Numbered from the whole stretch's first letter, positions 13,016-24,480 are shown. The stretch: 60,830 nt of DNA, filler included, from Sphacelaria rigidula (GCA_964200075.2; 10 parts of 10 records of this genome joined end to end with filler, not necessarily neighbours in it), one strand, 5' to 3'. Notes: generated by a model from the sequence alone, not told the origin. Made by a program: numbers and translations.

Positions 13016-13076
13016 TCCTTCAGCGTTCCATTCCTTCAGCGTTCCATTCCTTCAGCGTTCCATTCCTCCAGCGTTC
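13016..13076. repeat. 16-bp tandem repeat (TCCTTCAGCGTTCCAT), about 4 copies
   Basis: Read directly from the sequence. Confidence 0.9.
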
Positions 13077-14575
13077 AGGCGGTGTCTATATGGTGAAACC
13101 GACATTGCACTCTCACTTGAATGAATAGTGATTCCCATCAGACATGGTCGTCCGCGTCTGTCTGTTCGCGTTCAAAGTGGAGGGTTACAGTTGAAAAATT
13201 GAAAGTAGTCGGTCTTCGTTCTCAAAATCGTATGCATGTCCGTCGTTTTTTTCCGTCTCCCGTTCTTGCCCTCCCTTTTTTTTCGGAAATGATGAATCTT
13301 GGAACAAAAGGTGCCTATCTTCATTTCAGGTGAATCCCTGGGTGGAGCGCTGAGCATCTTGCTGGGCCTACACCTACAAGAGACAAATGTGAGTGTCTGA
13401 TATACATCAGGGCTTGCCATGCGACGGGAATATTACGGGATATATGTCGAGACGGGACGGAACGGGACGGGACGTGTCGCGTCCCGACACATAATCGAAT
13501 TTCGCGGGGTGACTGTACGATAGGGAGGGGGAGAAGGCAGCAGCAGGAAGCAGCGGCATGAGATGCAGCCTATCGGTCGCAGGTCCACAGTAAGGGTTTA
13601 GGTAGTAAGAAGCTTAGGGAGCGAATTAGGAGGGGAGGACCCTCCATGGCAGCAAAGTAAGCTTCCACCACACTAGATCAACACATGTACGGATCTGTTT
13701 CGGACCTCCCCTCCTCCCGTTTTTATCTCTTCATTTTATGTGAAGTGTTTGTTGCCGCACCCAGGGTAAGGGTGGGCATTCCGAACATGTCTCACAGAAC
13801 TGTCGGGTACCCGGTATGAGAGACTGGCATAACTCTCAGCGCTATGGGGTACGGGTAATAGCCCGGTAAATACCCCAGGTATCACCGAAAATAGTACTCT
13901 ACAGAACACAATATTTGAAGTTGTTTTGTTCTCGAGACTTGCCCTGTTGTCCGAAGCCACGGAGAATCTAAAGATCGCCTCTTTTGGCCCTGTCTTGTCG
14001 AGACCCCCAAAGTAACAAGCGTAGAACGAAACAAGCCTCTAGAAGCAGCGTGCTGATTGGTAGCCGCAACCATAGACCCGCCCGGCGACCAATCAACACG
14101 CTGCTTTTGGACGCTCGTTTCGTTCTACGCTTTTTTTTTTGGGGGGGGGGGGTCTCGATAAGGACACGACCTGAGCATGCGTACCCTCCTGTCCACTTGA
14201 TTCATGAAACGTCTTCGGAGATTTCATGATATGTGTTTCGCACCGATGACTGACCCCGGTGTACTTACCCCTAAACCGGACTGCTGATAACTTTCTTGTC
14301 ATTTCACACAGCACCCACTGCTGCCTCGATTCAAGGGGCAAGTGTTACTAGCCCCTGCGATTAAGGGCAACCCGCCGCCGGCGGTACTGGTCAATGTGCT
14401 GCGCTACCTCGTGGCTCCGCTTATTCCCAAGTGGCAGATCCCTTCCTGCCTCGAGTCAGGTGCGGTGCGGTGCGGTGCGGTGTGGACCGGTGGGAGATAT
14501 GTCTGATCCGTTTTATTTGTTTGATTCATGGAGTGATTGATTGAGTATTAATAGTTGATTTTTGCAAGGTCACGC

Positions 14576-14577
<2 letters not shown>

Positions 14578-14657
<80 letters not shown>
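14578..14657. repeat. Compound (GT)n(GA)n microsatellite
   Basis: Read directly from the sequence. Confidence 0.95.
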
Positions 14658-14662
<5 letters not shown>

Positions 14663-15922
14663 TACCCCGGAAAAAGCGGGGCATTGTTGGTTGAAATATA
14701 CTGAACCATACGAAATGTGTATCAGAACATTCCAGTATGGCTCGGCAGGGTATCGAACTCTGTTCCGAAAACTGTCGGCGGCATGCTTCTGAAGGGCCGT
14801 TGCCGATAAGATGCGTCTTTCATACTTGTTGTGCAAGTACCCGAATATCAGCCGGTGTACCTGCCCTACAGAACACAACCTTTCACACGTTGGACAGATC
14901 ATGATCTGTCTGAAATAGCTCATCGAAGAAGACTTCCGGATTTGTTGGTCCAATAGCACGAAATACCAAGGCGGAGCTAGAAAAAGCCCAATGCTCAACC
15001 TTTGCGCTACTCGGCGTTCGGTGCTGTAGGGAGCAGACATGGAAAAGAGGGGGGGTGGGGGGAGAGGGTAAATGATCCGGAGCATGATCCTCATCAGTAT
15101 ACTGAGAAGGAGAAATGTTCAGATAGATCCATGATCTGTTCGACGTGTGCAACCTCCATATATCTGTTTTATTTGATTGGTTGGGTGATGAAGTGATTTG
15201 ATTGGTTGATCGACGGATTGATTTTTGCAAGGTTGTGTTGTGTGGAGTATCCCCGGAAAGTGGAGGATTCTTGGTTGGTTTACCAAACCGTACCGGAATG
15301 TGTATCGAGCCCTGTTCCGAACGCTCTATCGATGGGGATGATTCGGAAGGACCTTTACCGATGAAATGCGTCTTTTATGCCTCTGTAAATACGTAAATAC
15401 CCTACTAGTATTTTCACGCGGTATGCACTACAGAACTCAACCTTGGTAATTCGATGATGATCAGTTTGGTGTTTTGAAGAAATTTCGAGGTCAGTTCGTT
15501 TCCATGTAGGAAAATCTCGGTACCATTTTTCAGTACCTCCTTCTTGATTTACCCTTTTACACCAAGGGTAGGTAATCTGGCCATGCTCTCATTTTTCAAG
15601 TAAAAATCGGGGCCGATTCAACAGATGTGACCAATGCTCGCAGTCAAAGGGTTTGCGGCAAGTTGTGGGCAATCGGTGGTGGTATCACGAACTACACCCT
15701 TTCCTTGACACTATTCAATACCGTCAGGTACCTTGTGCTGCGTTTGCTTTTCCATCTCGTTGACTCGGAATGTTGTTGACTCAGAAATTAAAAAGTCGTT
15801 TTTTTTTTTTTTTTAAGATGTTTTCTGGGCACGTGGTGATCAAAATTACGTTCGTGTGTGTGTATCTGTGTGTGTTTCCTCTCTTGGTTTGCGGACTTGT
15901 GTCTTTTCCGTTGAAATTGCAG

Positions 15923-15997
15923 TGAACCGATCAGACATGTGCGTGCTGGAGTTGGACGAGCGCAGGCATGCCGAGCACGATGTCCTGGGATACCCAG
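15923..15997 (+). CDS. Internal exon of an alpha/beta hydrolase (acylglycerol lipase/lysophospholipase-like)
   Basis: ttgcag acceptor (a second cag at 15934 is possible) and gtgaat donor. Encodes NRSDMCVLELDERRHAEHDVLGYP; its phase-1 end joins 17326 in frame. Confidence 0.55.
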
Positions 15998-16164
15998 GTG
16001 AATGTCGGTGACGGTTGGACCACGGTGCCTTCGCGTATGTATGTACGTATGTATGTACGTATGTCGCAGGGGTGAAGCTCATGAGAATGGGGTGGCGCGT
16101 GCACTGCGCCAATTCTGACAGGAGGTTTTTTGGGTCGGACCCCCTGCTTGCCTTGAGGAAAGAT

Positions 16165-16425
16165 TACACGGTTAGGGCGAATCATCACGATCACGAATCA
16201 CCGAATCCACTATTTCTTCGGCCTGATTGCCCCAAAAGGGAGAAAAATGTTGACCGCTGGTCCAAGGGGGTATCCACGCAACTTTTGCGCCATTCCACGT
16301 GTCTGGGCTGCGTGTATCTGGGTTGCAACGCTGAAAAGAAAGCCTAGGGATTGATTCGTACGAGTCGAATCAATTGTACTAAAACCAAGTAATATCCAGA
16401 CGAATCAGTATTTGCCCGACCCCTG
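16165..16425 (+). mobile_element. Right-end fragment of the CANGGGTCGG-TIR non-autonomous DNA transposon family
   Basis: Aligns by eye with 32985-33243, 32640-32853 and (reverse) 24374-24480; ends ...TTTGCCCGACCCCTG. Confidence 0.75.
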
Positions 16426-16744
16426 AAAGCTTGGGGACGCTGAAGGCGCCTATCCTACACGACTGCCGTGAAGCAGTCCAGCCGAGCCTCTGGGTAATCA
16501 CGAACCCGCTTGCGGGGTCAAAGACCGGTAATTCGACTTTTCCTTGAAGGAAAGAAGGAGGAACCTGACCCAACACTTACCCCGCAAGCGGGCTCGTGTG
16601 CCGATTACCCCGATACTCGGCTAGACTGCCTCGCGGCAGTCATGTGGGGTAGGCGCCTCGAGCGCCCGGAAGATTTTTGCTCAAGGCAGTGGTTTCATCC
16701 ATCCACGCACACACACACAAACACACACACACATATTTGCTGTC

Positions 16745-16833
16745 GCACCCCGGTGGCGTAATGGTCTGACGATCACCAATAGGGTGTGGAGAGAACGTGA
16801 GTTTGATTCCCGATGCGTTTTTTTTTTTTTTTT
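16745..16833 (+). other. Degenerate tRNA-like Pol III head (possible SINE remnant)
   Basis: A-box-like TGGCGTAATGG, B-box-like GAGTTTGATTCC, then a T-run; no clean cloverleaf. Confidence 0.3.
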
Positions 16834-17325
16834 GGAAGTATCTGGTTTTGTTTGCCGTTAAATGCGTGACTGAGTGCGTGAGTAAACAAAACAAAATATT
16901 TGTCGACTAAATTTGTTTGACGAGAGTCGATGCGGTTCGGGAGTATTGCTGGCCCGATCCGCGAGACCAAAATGCAAGGCGTGTAAATACCTGGGAGGCA
17001 TGTGTCGATCCCTTGAAACCACGGGCTCGGCCCCGAGGAAGGAGAGGGGTTCAAAGTTTGACAAAAACAGAACAAAACGTATCTATCTATACACCACTCT
17101 GGACTGAAATAAGTGACCGATACCGACCTCATGATGTTGTCCGCACCTGCCACGTATTTCGGTCCAGAGTGATACACTGTATAGGTGTGCGTTCAGTAGT
17201 AGTAGCCTTGAAAAAATACCCACTACAAAGCGTGGTCATACTCTACATTATAACCATCCGAAGTCCCCCTCATCAACCGACCTGCTGGTTTATCTTACGA
17301 TGTCTATATCTTCTTTTTTTTTCAG

Positions 17326-17454
17326 GTGGGCTTGGGTGGGGTGGTAACATGCGATTTAGGACAGGGCTGCAGATGATCGACCTCACAGCCGAGGTATCGA
17401 GGAGGTTGGGGCACGTGGAGTTCCCGTTTCTCGTCATGCACGACCCAGGAGACA
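17326..17454 (+). CDS. Internal exon of an alpha/beta hydrolase (acylglycerol lipase/lysophospholipase-like)
   Basis: Poly-T/cag acceptor and gtgagt donor. GGLGWGGNMRFRTGLQMIDLTAEVSRRLGHVEFPFLVMHDPGD resembles the family's R.RTG.E/QL...PFL..HG..D segment containing the catalytic Asp. Confidence 0.75.
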
Positions 17455-17790
17455 GTGAGTTTTTTTTTTTTTTTTTCTTGTCTTGTGACCATGCTTACAG
17501 TGTTTTTTCCCTTGTGTTGTTTTGTGCATATTTCATTTTTCATCGGACCGTTATTCGTTCCGTAATGATGTTTAAATTACGTGTAGTAGCAGCGGCCTGG
17601 TAATCGGGAATTGAAAATCAGGCGCAGCCTGAGTTTGCTCATCTGATTGATGCAAAGGCCTCTACTGTATTCGACGTAGAGTAGCGTTCATTGGCGACTT
17701 CGTCACATGAGCGGTGTTGAGGAGGTCAAGCGGGCAGCGAATATAGCGCTGCTCGGTGGGCGGGAGAAGGGGGAGGGGGGGGGGGAGGGA

Positions 17791-17860
17791 GGGGGGGGCG
17801 TACTCATTTGTTGCTTGCCTTAGTCATTTGACCATTGACCACGCATCCCTTTCGAGACGG
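17791..17860 (+). repeat. High-copy interspersed repeat end GGGGGGCGTACTCATTTGTTGCTTGCCTTAGTC...CCCTTTCGAGACGG
   Basis: Near-identical copies at 30486-30547 (-), 33414-33484 (-), 45245-45323 (+) and 60439-60508 (+), on different contigs. Confidence 0.85.
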
Positions 17861-18280
17861 AGGAGGGAGGGGAGGATGTCTATCGATGATATGATTTGTG
17901 AGAAGGCTGGATGAGGCCGAGCTCGTTACCCTGTCGGAGGATCAGAAAACGGCTGGTCACTGCGGGCAGTCACGATTTGATGCACGGTTGACGGGTATGC
18001 GTTCTTTTGGTCGAGCTTGCATCTTGCCGTGACTCGCCTGATCGGTCCGTTGACCCACAGTGGTATGAAACAAGGGAGAGATTCATGCTACGATGGGAGG
18101 GAGAAAGGGGGGTGTACTCATGATCATGCATGCCATAGTCATCAGACCATTGACCTCGCATCCCTACAAAGCCGGGACGGNNNNNNNNNNNNNNNNNNNN
18201 NNNNNNNNNNNNNNNNNNNNNNNNTTAATTAATTAANNNNNNNNNNNNNNNNNNNNNNNNNNNNNNNNNNNNNNNNNNNN

Positions 18281-18407
18281 CTCATCCCGGAGTTAAACCT
18301 CAATTTGCACAATTTGTTGTTAAAGGTTATCTGATTGTATGCGGTGGAATTCGAACCCCCTACTCCGAGTTAACCGTTTCTGCGATGCACCAGTCACACC
18401 ACCGCGT
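18281..18407 (-). mobile_element. tRNA-derived SINE-like head
   Basis: Minus strand has A-box-like TGGTGTGACTGG and B box GGTTCGAATTCC at tRNA spacing; anticodon and acceptor stems are degenerate. Confidence 0.5.
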
Positions 18408-18789
18408 CGAGGCATCACGCCGACAATAAATCGCATCACGAGCAACATCTTGCGCACGGCAGCGCCCGTGAGGTCACGGGATTGAGTCTATTCCAGGTGC
18501 CCCCTTGGTACAGAATCAGACGACGTAGGTTTTGACCAGGTGTCACCACGTCCAAATCCCCGTCATAAGATAGAGAGAAAGTGCGGAGATGACAGCACCG
18601 TGATATCATGCCGAGATTTTTTTTCCACATGAAATCCGTGCTGCTGGACAACGCTCGGACAATCCCGCGTACCCCACCATGACCAGGATTGCGGAGTCCT
18701 TGCCAAGCGGGGGAAACGAGCTTTTAGTAGGGTTGTGGATGATGCCACTGTCTTCGTTTCGAGCCCACGTGCAACCCGCAATACTGCAG

Positions 18790-18888
18790 GAGAAACTCTA
18801 TGTTGAGCTGAAGAACATCCTGGGACGACAGCCTGGACCCGAGGTAGCCGAGCAGCTCGAGGTGTACCACGAAAACCTCAAGCATAAG
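18790..18888 (+). CDS. CFAP58: Cilia/flagella-associated protein 58 (CCDC147), penultimate exon
   Basis: ctgcag acceptor and gtatga donor, 99 nt. EKLYVELKNILGRQPGPEVAEQLEVYHENLKHK matches the conserved CFAP58 C-terminal EKLY.ELK.ILARQPGPE.AEQL motif as I recall it. Confidence 0.85.
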
Positions 18889-19636
18889 GTATGATGTACT
18901 GCAAGCCAAAAAAAAAAGGTAGCTTAACTGACGAGCCAAGATAGCCAGCAGCGAGTGGGCCTCGGTTACCGCACCAGCCTTGTCTTGACTCGAATTTCGA
19001 GAATTCAGGTGGTGCAAGCTCAGTGGTTGCTACCGATCGCACGACCTCGTCCCCCCCCCCCAACACACGCACTTTGTTTGCGATATGTGAGTGTTCTGTT
19101 GTGGTATCAAAACCTTGTCTCAGTTGATTTTAACGTCGAGCAAAACGAAACCTGCAACAGGACTACACAACGAGGTTAAAATAAACAGGGTGGGATAACC
19201 CGTCACACGGGCATGCATGGATACATGATCGCGTAGATGTATCGAGAAACCTGCTTCTTCCTCATTTTCTTTATCAGAATATGGACATGATATCATCTCG
19301 CAATACTGCAGCTGCTCTATGTGGTTCTACTGTACTGGTGCACACACACCCGCTCTCTACGCATGCGAACTGCGGGATGACCTACGACTTCCACCTTAGA
19401 TCCATGCCCACGAGGTACACATCTATTCCCATGGCAATCTTGACTGCATCTGAACCGACACATTATAGACAGATGAGGACAGCTATTTCTTGCCACAGTC
19501 CGTGTGAGCGATCAGACGACAAATGGCTTGCGGCGATGATGTGCAAACAAGCCAACCGATGCAAGTTTCGCGAGCGTTGCTCGATCCTTGCCCTTTTGTG
19601 CACTAACCACATGACAACGCGATACATCGGGCACAG

Positions 19637-19897
19637 GTAAAACAAATGAAGGCGATGGAAACGGAGTTGGGCATGTACAAGCAACAAGTAGATCTGTTCA
19701 AGTGCGAGATAGAGAGGTCTGCGGAGACCATGAGAGCGCTGCATCAAAAATGGATAGCCGACCAAAGGCGTGCAGACAGGCAGACGGGCAAGCAATCCGC
19801 TAGTGCTTGGGACTCCTCCGGAGCGGGGACGATCACTGTGATGCAGCCAGACGAAAGCTCGGCCACGAACAACAGTAACAATCTCGAAGGAGGTTGA
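19637..19897 (+). CDS. CFAP58: CFAP58 terminal exon
   Basis: cacag acceptor, phase 0. VKQMKAMETELGMYKQQVDLFKCEIER... continues the CFAP58 coiled coil to a TGA stop. Confidence 0.8.
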   Translation, partial: VKQMKAMETELGMYKQQVDLFKCEIERSAETMRALHQKWIADQRRADRQTGKQSASAWDSSGAGTITVMQPDESSATNNSNNLEGG

Positions 19898-21199
19898 CGA
19901 GGGGGGGAGAGCTCCAGGCGATGTTGGAATTAGTTCGTTGAGGATCCTCGTTCGTTGCACAGTTTGTGGCATTTTGTCCAAAGACAAGTGATAGAGAGAG
20001 AGAGGTATACCTACGAAACGTGACCAAAAGGGGTACTACTGTAGAGTAGATTTGGGGAGATTTGGACTATGCCGGTCGGTATGGGTTGAGAGAAAGCCCG
20101 GTTCTGTGTCAGGTAGCCGTTGTGGATTTTCGGGTGTCATTTTTCAGCGCAGAAAACATGCGGGGCTCAGTCAACGTCCAGCGCAGTTGCAGCAGGACGG
20201 GTGGTTCACCATCACAACTGTACCGAATTGTGCTCTGCCAACACACGCTATGGTCCACGAGTTGGTAGGATGAAGCTGCTTCAACAGCGATCAACGCTTG
20301 CTATTCGGATAGTTCTCGTCGATTGAAATTTGAATACAGTACTCTTGTGCAGCTGTTGCACTCGCGTGTCGACGTTCAGCATGCTTCCCGAGCATTATGT
20401 GTCGCGCGAAAACAAAGGTGTGTGCGACAATCCATGAAGGCGAGTTTTCGTCAACGCCCGGGATGCCGAGTATCATCATAATACTCCAAGCATTACCACA
20501 GGCTACGTAGCTTCCAGTTCCCTTGGTGTTGATGGGAAATAACAAACCCTCTTTTGTTCCAACAGTTTTGGTCCTCTCTTCTAGAGCGCATCATTGTCGC
20601 GTGTCCTGAGCGTACGTGCATATTATACGTTAGCAAACATACCACATTGTCGACGTGCTGCTACTTATCGAGCAAGCCGCAAGGGCGACTCAATTCACCT
20701 CTATTTCTTCCGCCGCGCCCGTTGCACAGTCCGGGTTGGAAGTAGTTACAGAAAACGTTGACGCCTTACGTGGAAATCCCGAGCTGCATGAACGCTCTCG
20801 TTCACTCCCGGTACTTGTCTCTCGTGCCGGTTCCTTGCTTGCTGTAGATTAACACCCGCGATCCTCGACAGCACACCGGTTGCCCTGGTGGTCAAGTTGT
20901 TCATGTACCGTCGAAGTCCGGAGCAGCGGGTAGGATCGCCTGTGCTACTGGTAAGGTTGGCTCCAGTTGTCAGCCACACGTGAAAGGCGCCACTGACGAT
21001 CAACTTGAGCAATATCGTTCTGATCCCGTGCCAGCCTCGTCGTTGTCGTTCAAGAACTGTGTGATGGTACGGTAGGGGTGCACGAATATTTTCTAAGGTT
21101 AGAATTGTCAGGGGTCCTTCATCTCATCCAAAACACAGCATATGAAATATGAAAAAGCACGCCAAGAGATTACTGTTCCAATGTGCTAGAAATATTCAA

Positions 21200-24100
21200 C
21201 AATATACAACAATATACAACAATATACAACAATGGAGCGAGACCACGCCGGACAATGGAGCAACCTGCGACAGTAAACATACCAGGCCCGCCAGAACCTC
21301 GATGTCACACGAGCGAAGACCATACAGCTCCAACTTTGGAGCGTTCGAGCTTCGTGGTCTTCGCTCGTGTGGCATCGAGGTCCTGCCGGACCTGGTATGT
21401 TTGCCGCCGCAGGTTGCTCAAATGTCCGGCGTGCTCTCGCTCCATGGTTGCCACCCGATCGTCCACCCTTCCCACCACCTCCCCACAGAACAGTGGGGCG
21501 GAGATGGGAAAGGTCGACGACCGGGTAACAACAATGGAGCGAGAGCACACCGGACAACTGAGCAACCTGCCACGGCAAATATACCAGGTCCGGCAGAACC
21601 TCCATGTCACACGAGCGAAGACCACGGAGCTCCAACTTTGCAGCGTTGGAGCTCCATGGTCTTCGCCAGTGTGGCATCGAGGTCCGGCCGGACCTGGTAT
21701 GTTTGCCGTCGCAGGTTAGTCCATTGTCCGGCGTGCTTTTGCTCCATGGTTACCACCCGATCGTCCACCCTTCCAACCTCCTCTCCACAGACCGGTGGTG
21801 CGGAGGTGGGAAAGAGTCCCCCTACGAGAGGGGGGGGGGGTATTTTGGGCCACTTTTTGCACGAAATTCCAAGGCAAATCGCCGATGAAATCAGCAACGG
21901 TTGCTCCAACGAGCTTGTTATAGATACATAACACTCATTCATACCGATTGACACCGTTTTGAACCACATACAAGCGAATCGCGAGTGTTGCAGGTCATCT
22001 GACACATTTTTCAGCATTTTTTTTCATGCAATCAAATACCCCTCCCTATCGTAGGATGACTCATAAGGTGACCAACCACGTAACCTCAATGGAGCGAGAG
22101 CACGACGAACAATTGGCCAACCTGCCACGGCAAACATACCAGGTCCAGCAGGACCTCGATGTCACACGAGCGAAGACGACGGAGCTCCGATACTGGAGCG
22201 TTCGAGCTCCGTGGTCTTCGCTCGTGTGGCATCGAGGTCCTGCCGGACCTGGTATGATCGTCGTGGCAGGTTGATCAATTGTCCGGCGTGCTCTCGCTGC
22301 ATGGTCGTCACCCAATCGTCCACCCTTCCCACCTCCTCCCCACCGGTCTGTGGGGTGGAGGCGGGAAGGATGGACAACCGGGTGACAACCATGGGGCAAG
22401 AGCACGCCGGACAATCAACCAACCTACCACGGCAAACATACCAGACCCGCCGGAACCTCCATGTTACACGAGCGGAGACCACGGAGCTCCACCTTTGGAG
22501 CATTGGAGCTCCGTGGTCTTCGCTCGTGTGACATCGAGGTTCTGCCGGACCTGGTATGTTTGCCGTCGCTGGTTGCTCAAATGTCGGGCGTGCTCTCGCT
22601 CCATAGTTGCCACCCGGTCGTCGATCCTTCCCACCTCCTCTTCACAGACGGATGAGGCGGAGATGGGAAAGGTCGACAAAAGATAAAAGTTGGAGCTCTG
22701 TCATCTCCCCTCGTGTGACAACGAGGTCCTACCGGACGTGGTATGTTTACCGTCGCAGGTTGGTCAATTGTCCGGCGTACTCTCGCTCCATGGTCGCCAC
22801 CCGGTCGTCGACGCTTCCCACCTCCGCCTCACAGACCCGTTGGTCGGAGGTGGGGGGACTGGACGACGGGGTAACAACAATGGAGCGAGAGCACGCCGGA
22901 CAACCAATCAACATACCAGCTGCGGCAGGACCTCGATGTCATACGAGCGGAGACCACGGAGCTCCACGTTTGGAGCGTTGGAGCTCCGTGGTCTTCGCCC
23001 GTGTGGCATCGAGGTTCTACTGGACCTGGTATGTTCGCCTTCGGATGTTGCTTGGTTGTCCGGCGTGCTCTCGCTGCATGGTCGCCAACCCGATCGTCGA
23101 CCCTTACGACTACCTTCCCACAGACCGGTGGGGCGGAGGCGGGAAGGATGGACAACCGGGTGACAACCATGGGGCAAGAGCACACCGGACAATCAACCAA
23201 CCTACCACGGCAAACATACCAGGCCCGCCAGGACCTCGATGCCACACGAGCGGAGACCACGGAGCTCCAATACTGGAGCATTGGAGCTCCGTGGTCCCCG
23301 CTCGTGTGACATCGAGGTCCTGCCGGACCTGGCATGTTTGCCGTCGCAGGTCGCTCGATTGTCCGGCGATCTCTTGTCATATTAGTGTTATCCGGTCGCC
23401 GACCCTCCCCACCACCTCCCAGCAGACCGGTGCGACGGAGGTGGGGAGGTTGAACGATCGGGTAGCAACAATGGAGCGAGAGCACGCCGGACAGTTGAGC
23501 AACCTGCCATGGCAAACATACCAGCTCCGGCAGGACCTTCATGTCACACGGGCGAAGACCACGGAGCTCCAGTACTGGAGCGTTGGAGCTCCATGGTCTC
23601 CGCCCGTAGGGCATCGCGATCTTGTCGGACCTGGTATGTTTGCCGTGGGAGGTTGCTTGGTTGTTCGGCGTGCTCTCGCTGCATGGTCGCCAACCCGATC
23701 GTCGACCCTTCCCGTCACCTCGCCACAGACCGGTGGGGCGGAGGCGGGAAGGATGGACAACCGGGTAGCAACCATGGGGCAAGAGCACGCCGGACAATCA
23801 ACCAACCTACCACGGCAAACATATCAGGCCCGCCGGAACCTTCATGTTACACGAGCGGAGACCACGGAGCTCCACCTTTGGAGCATTGGAGCTCCGTGGT
23901 CTTCGCTCGTGTGACATCGAGGTTCTGCCGGACCTGGTATGTCTGCCGTCGCTGGTTGCTCAAATGTCGGGCGTGCTCTCGCTCCATAGTTGCCACCCGG
24001 TCGTCGATCCTTCCCACCTCCTCTTCACAGACGGATGAGGCGGAGATGGGAAAGGTCGACAAAAGATAAAAGTTGGAGCTCCGTCAGCTTCCCTCGTGTG

Positions 24101-24273
24101 ACAACGAGGTCCTGCCGGACCTGGTATGTTTGCCGTCGCAGGTTGGTCAATTGTCCGGCGTACTCTCTCTCCATGGTCGCCACCCGGTCGTCGACGCTTC
24201 CCACCTCCGCCTCACAGACCCGTTGGTCGGAGGTGGGGGGACTGGACGACGGGGTAACAACAATGGAGCGAGA
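21200..24273. repeat. Fold-back satellite-like array of alternately inverted ~150-bp monomers (~300-bp period), running off the contig end
   Basis: The forward arm CAATGGAGCGAGAGCACGCCGGACAA...GAAGACCACGGAGCTCCAA is followed by its reverse complement, repeatedly. Forward arms occur near 21230, 21532, 22088, 22389, 22879, 23167, 23470, 23772 and 24261. Confidence 0.92.
21814..22062. mobile_element. Complete 249-bp MITE with ~30-bp TIRs (GAGTC...GACTC) inserted in the fold-back array
   Basis: GAGTCCCCCTACGAGAG(G)nTATTT ... AAATACCCCTCCCTATCGTAGGATGACTC; the host monomer resumes on both sides. Confidence 0.8.
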
Positions 24274-24373
24274 NNNNNNNNNNNNNNNNNNNNNNNNNNN
24301 NNNNNNNNNNNNNNNNNTTAATTAATTAANNNNNNNNNNNNNNNNNNNNNNNNNNNNNNNNNNNNNNNNNNNN

Positions 24374-24480
24374 GGAATGGCGCGAAAGTTGCGTGGATAC
24401 CCCTTGGACCAGCGGTCAACTTTTTTCTCCCTATCGGGCAATCAGGCCGAAGAAATCGTGGATTTGGTGATTCGTAGTCG
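24374..24480 (-). mobile_element. Fragment of the CANGGGTCGG-TIR transposon family
   Basis: Reverse complement of about 16190-16295. Confidence 0.7.

Noticed and set aside
21149..24273. Long ORFs (up to 435 aa) on both strands as real genes, or the array as CRISPR-like
   Set aside because: They arise from a GC-rich, stop-poor monomer with a ~300-bp period; frames shift between copies and half of each ORF is antisense sequence. There are no unique spacers.
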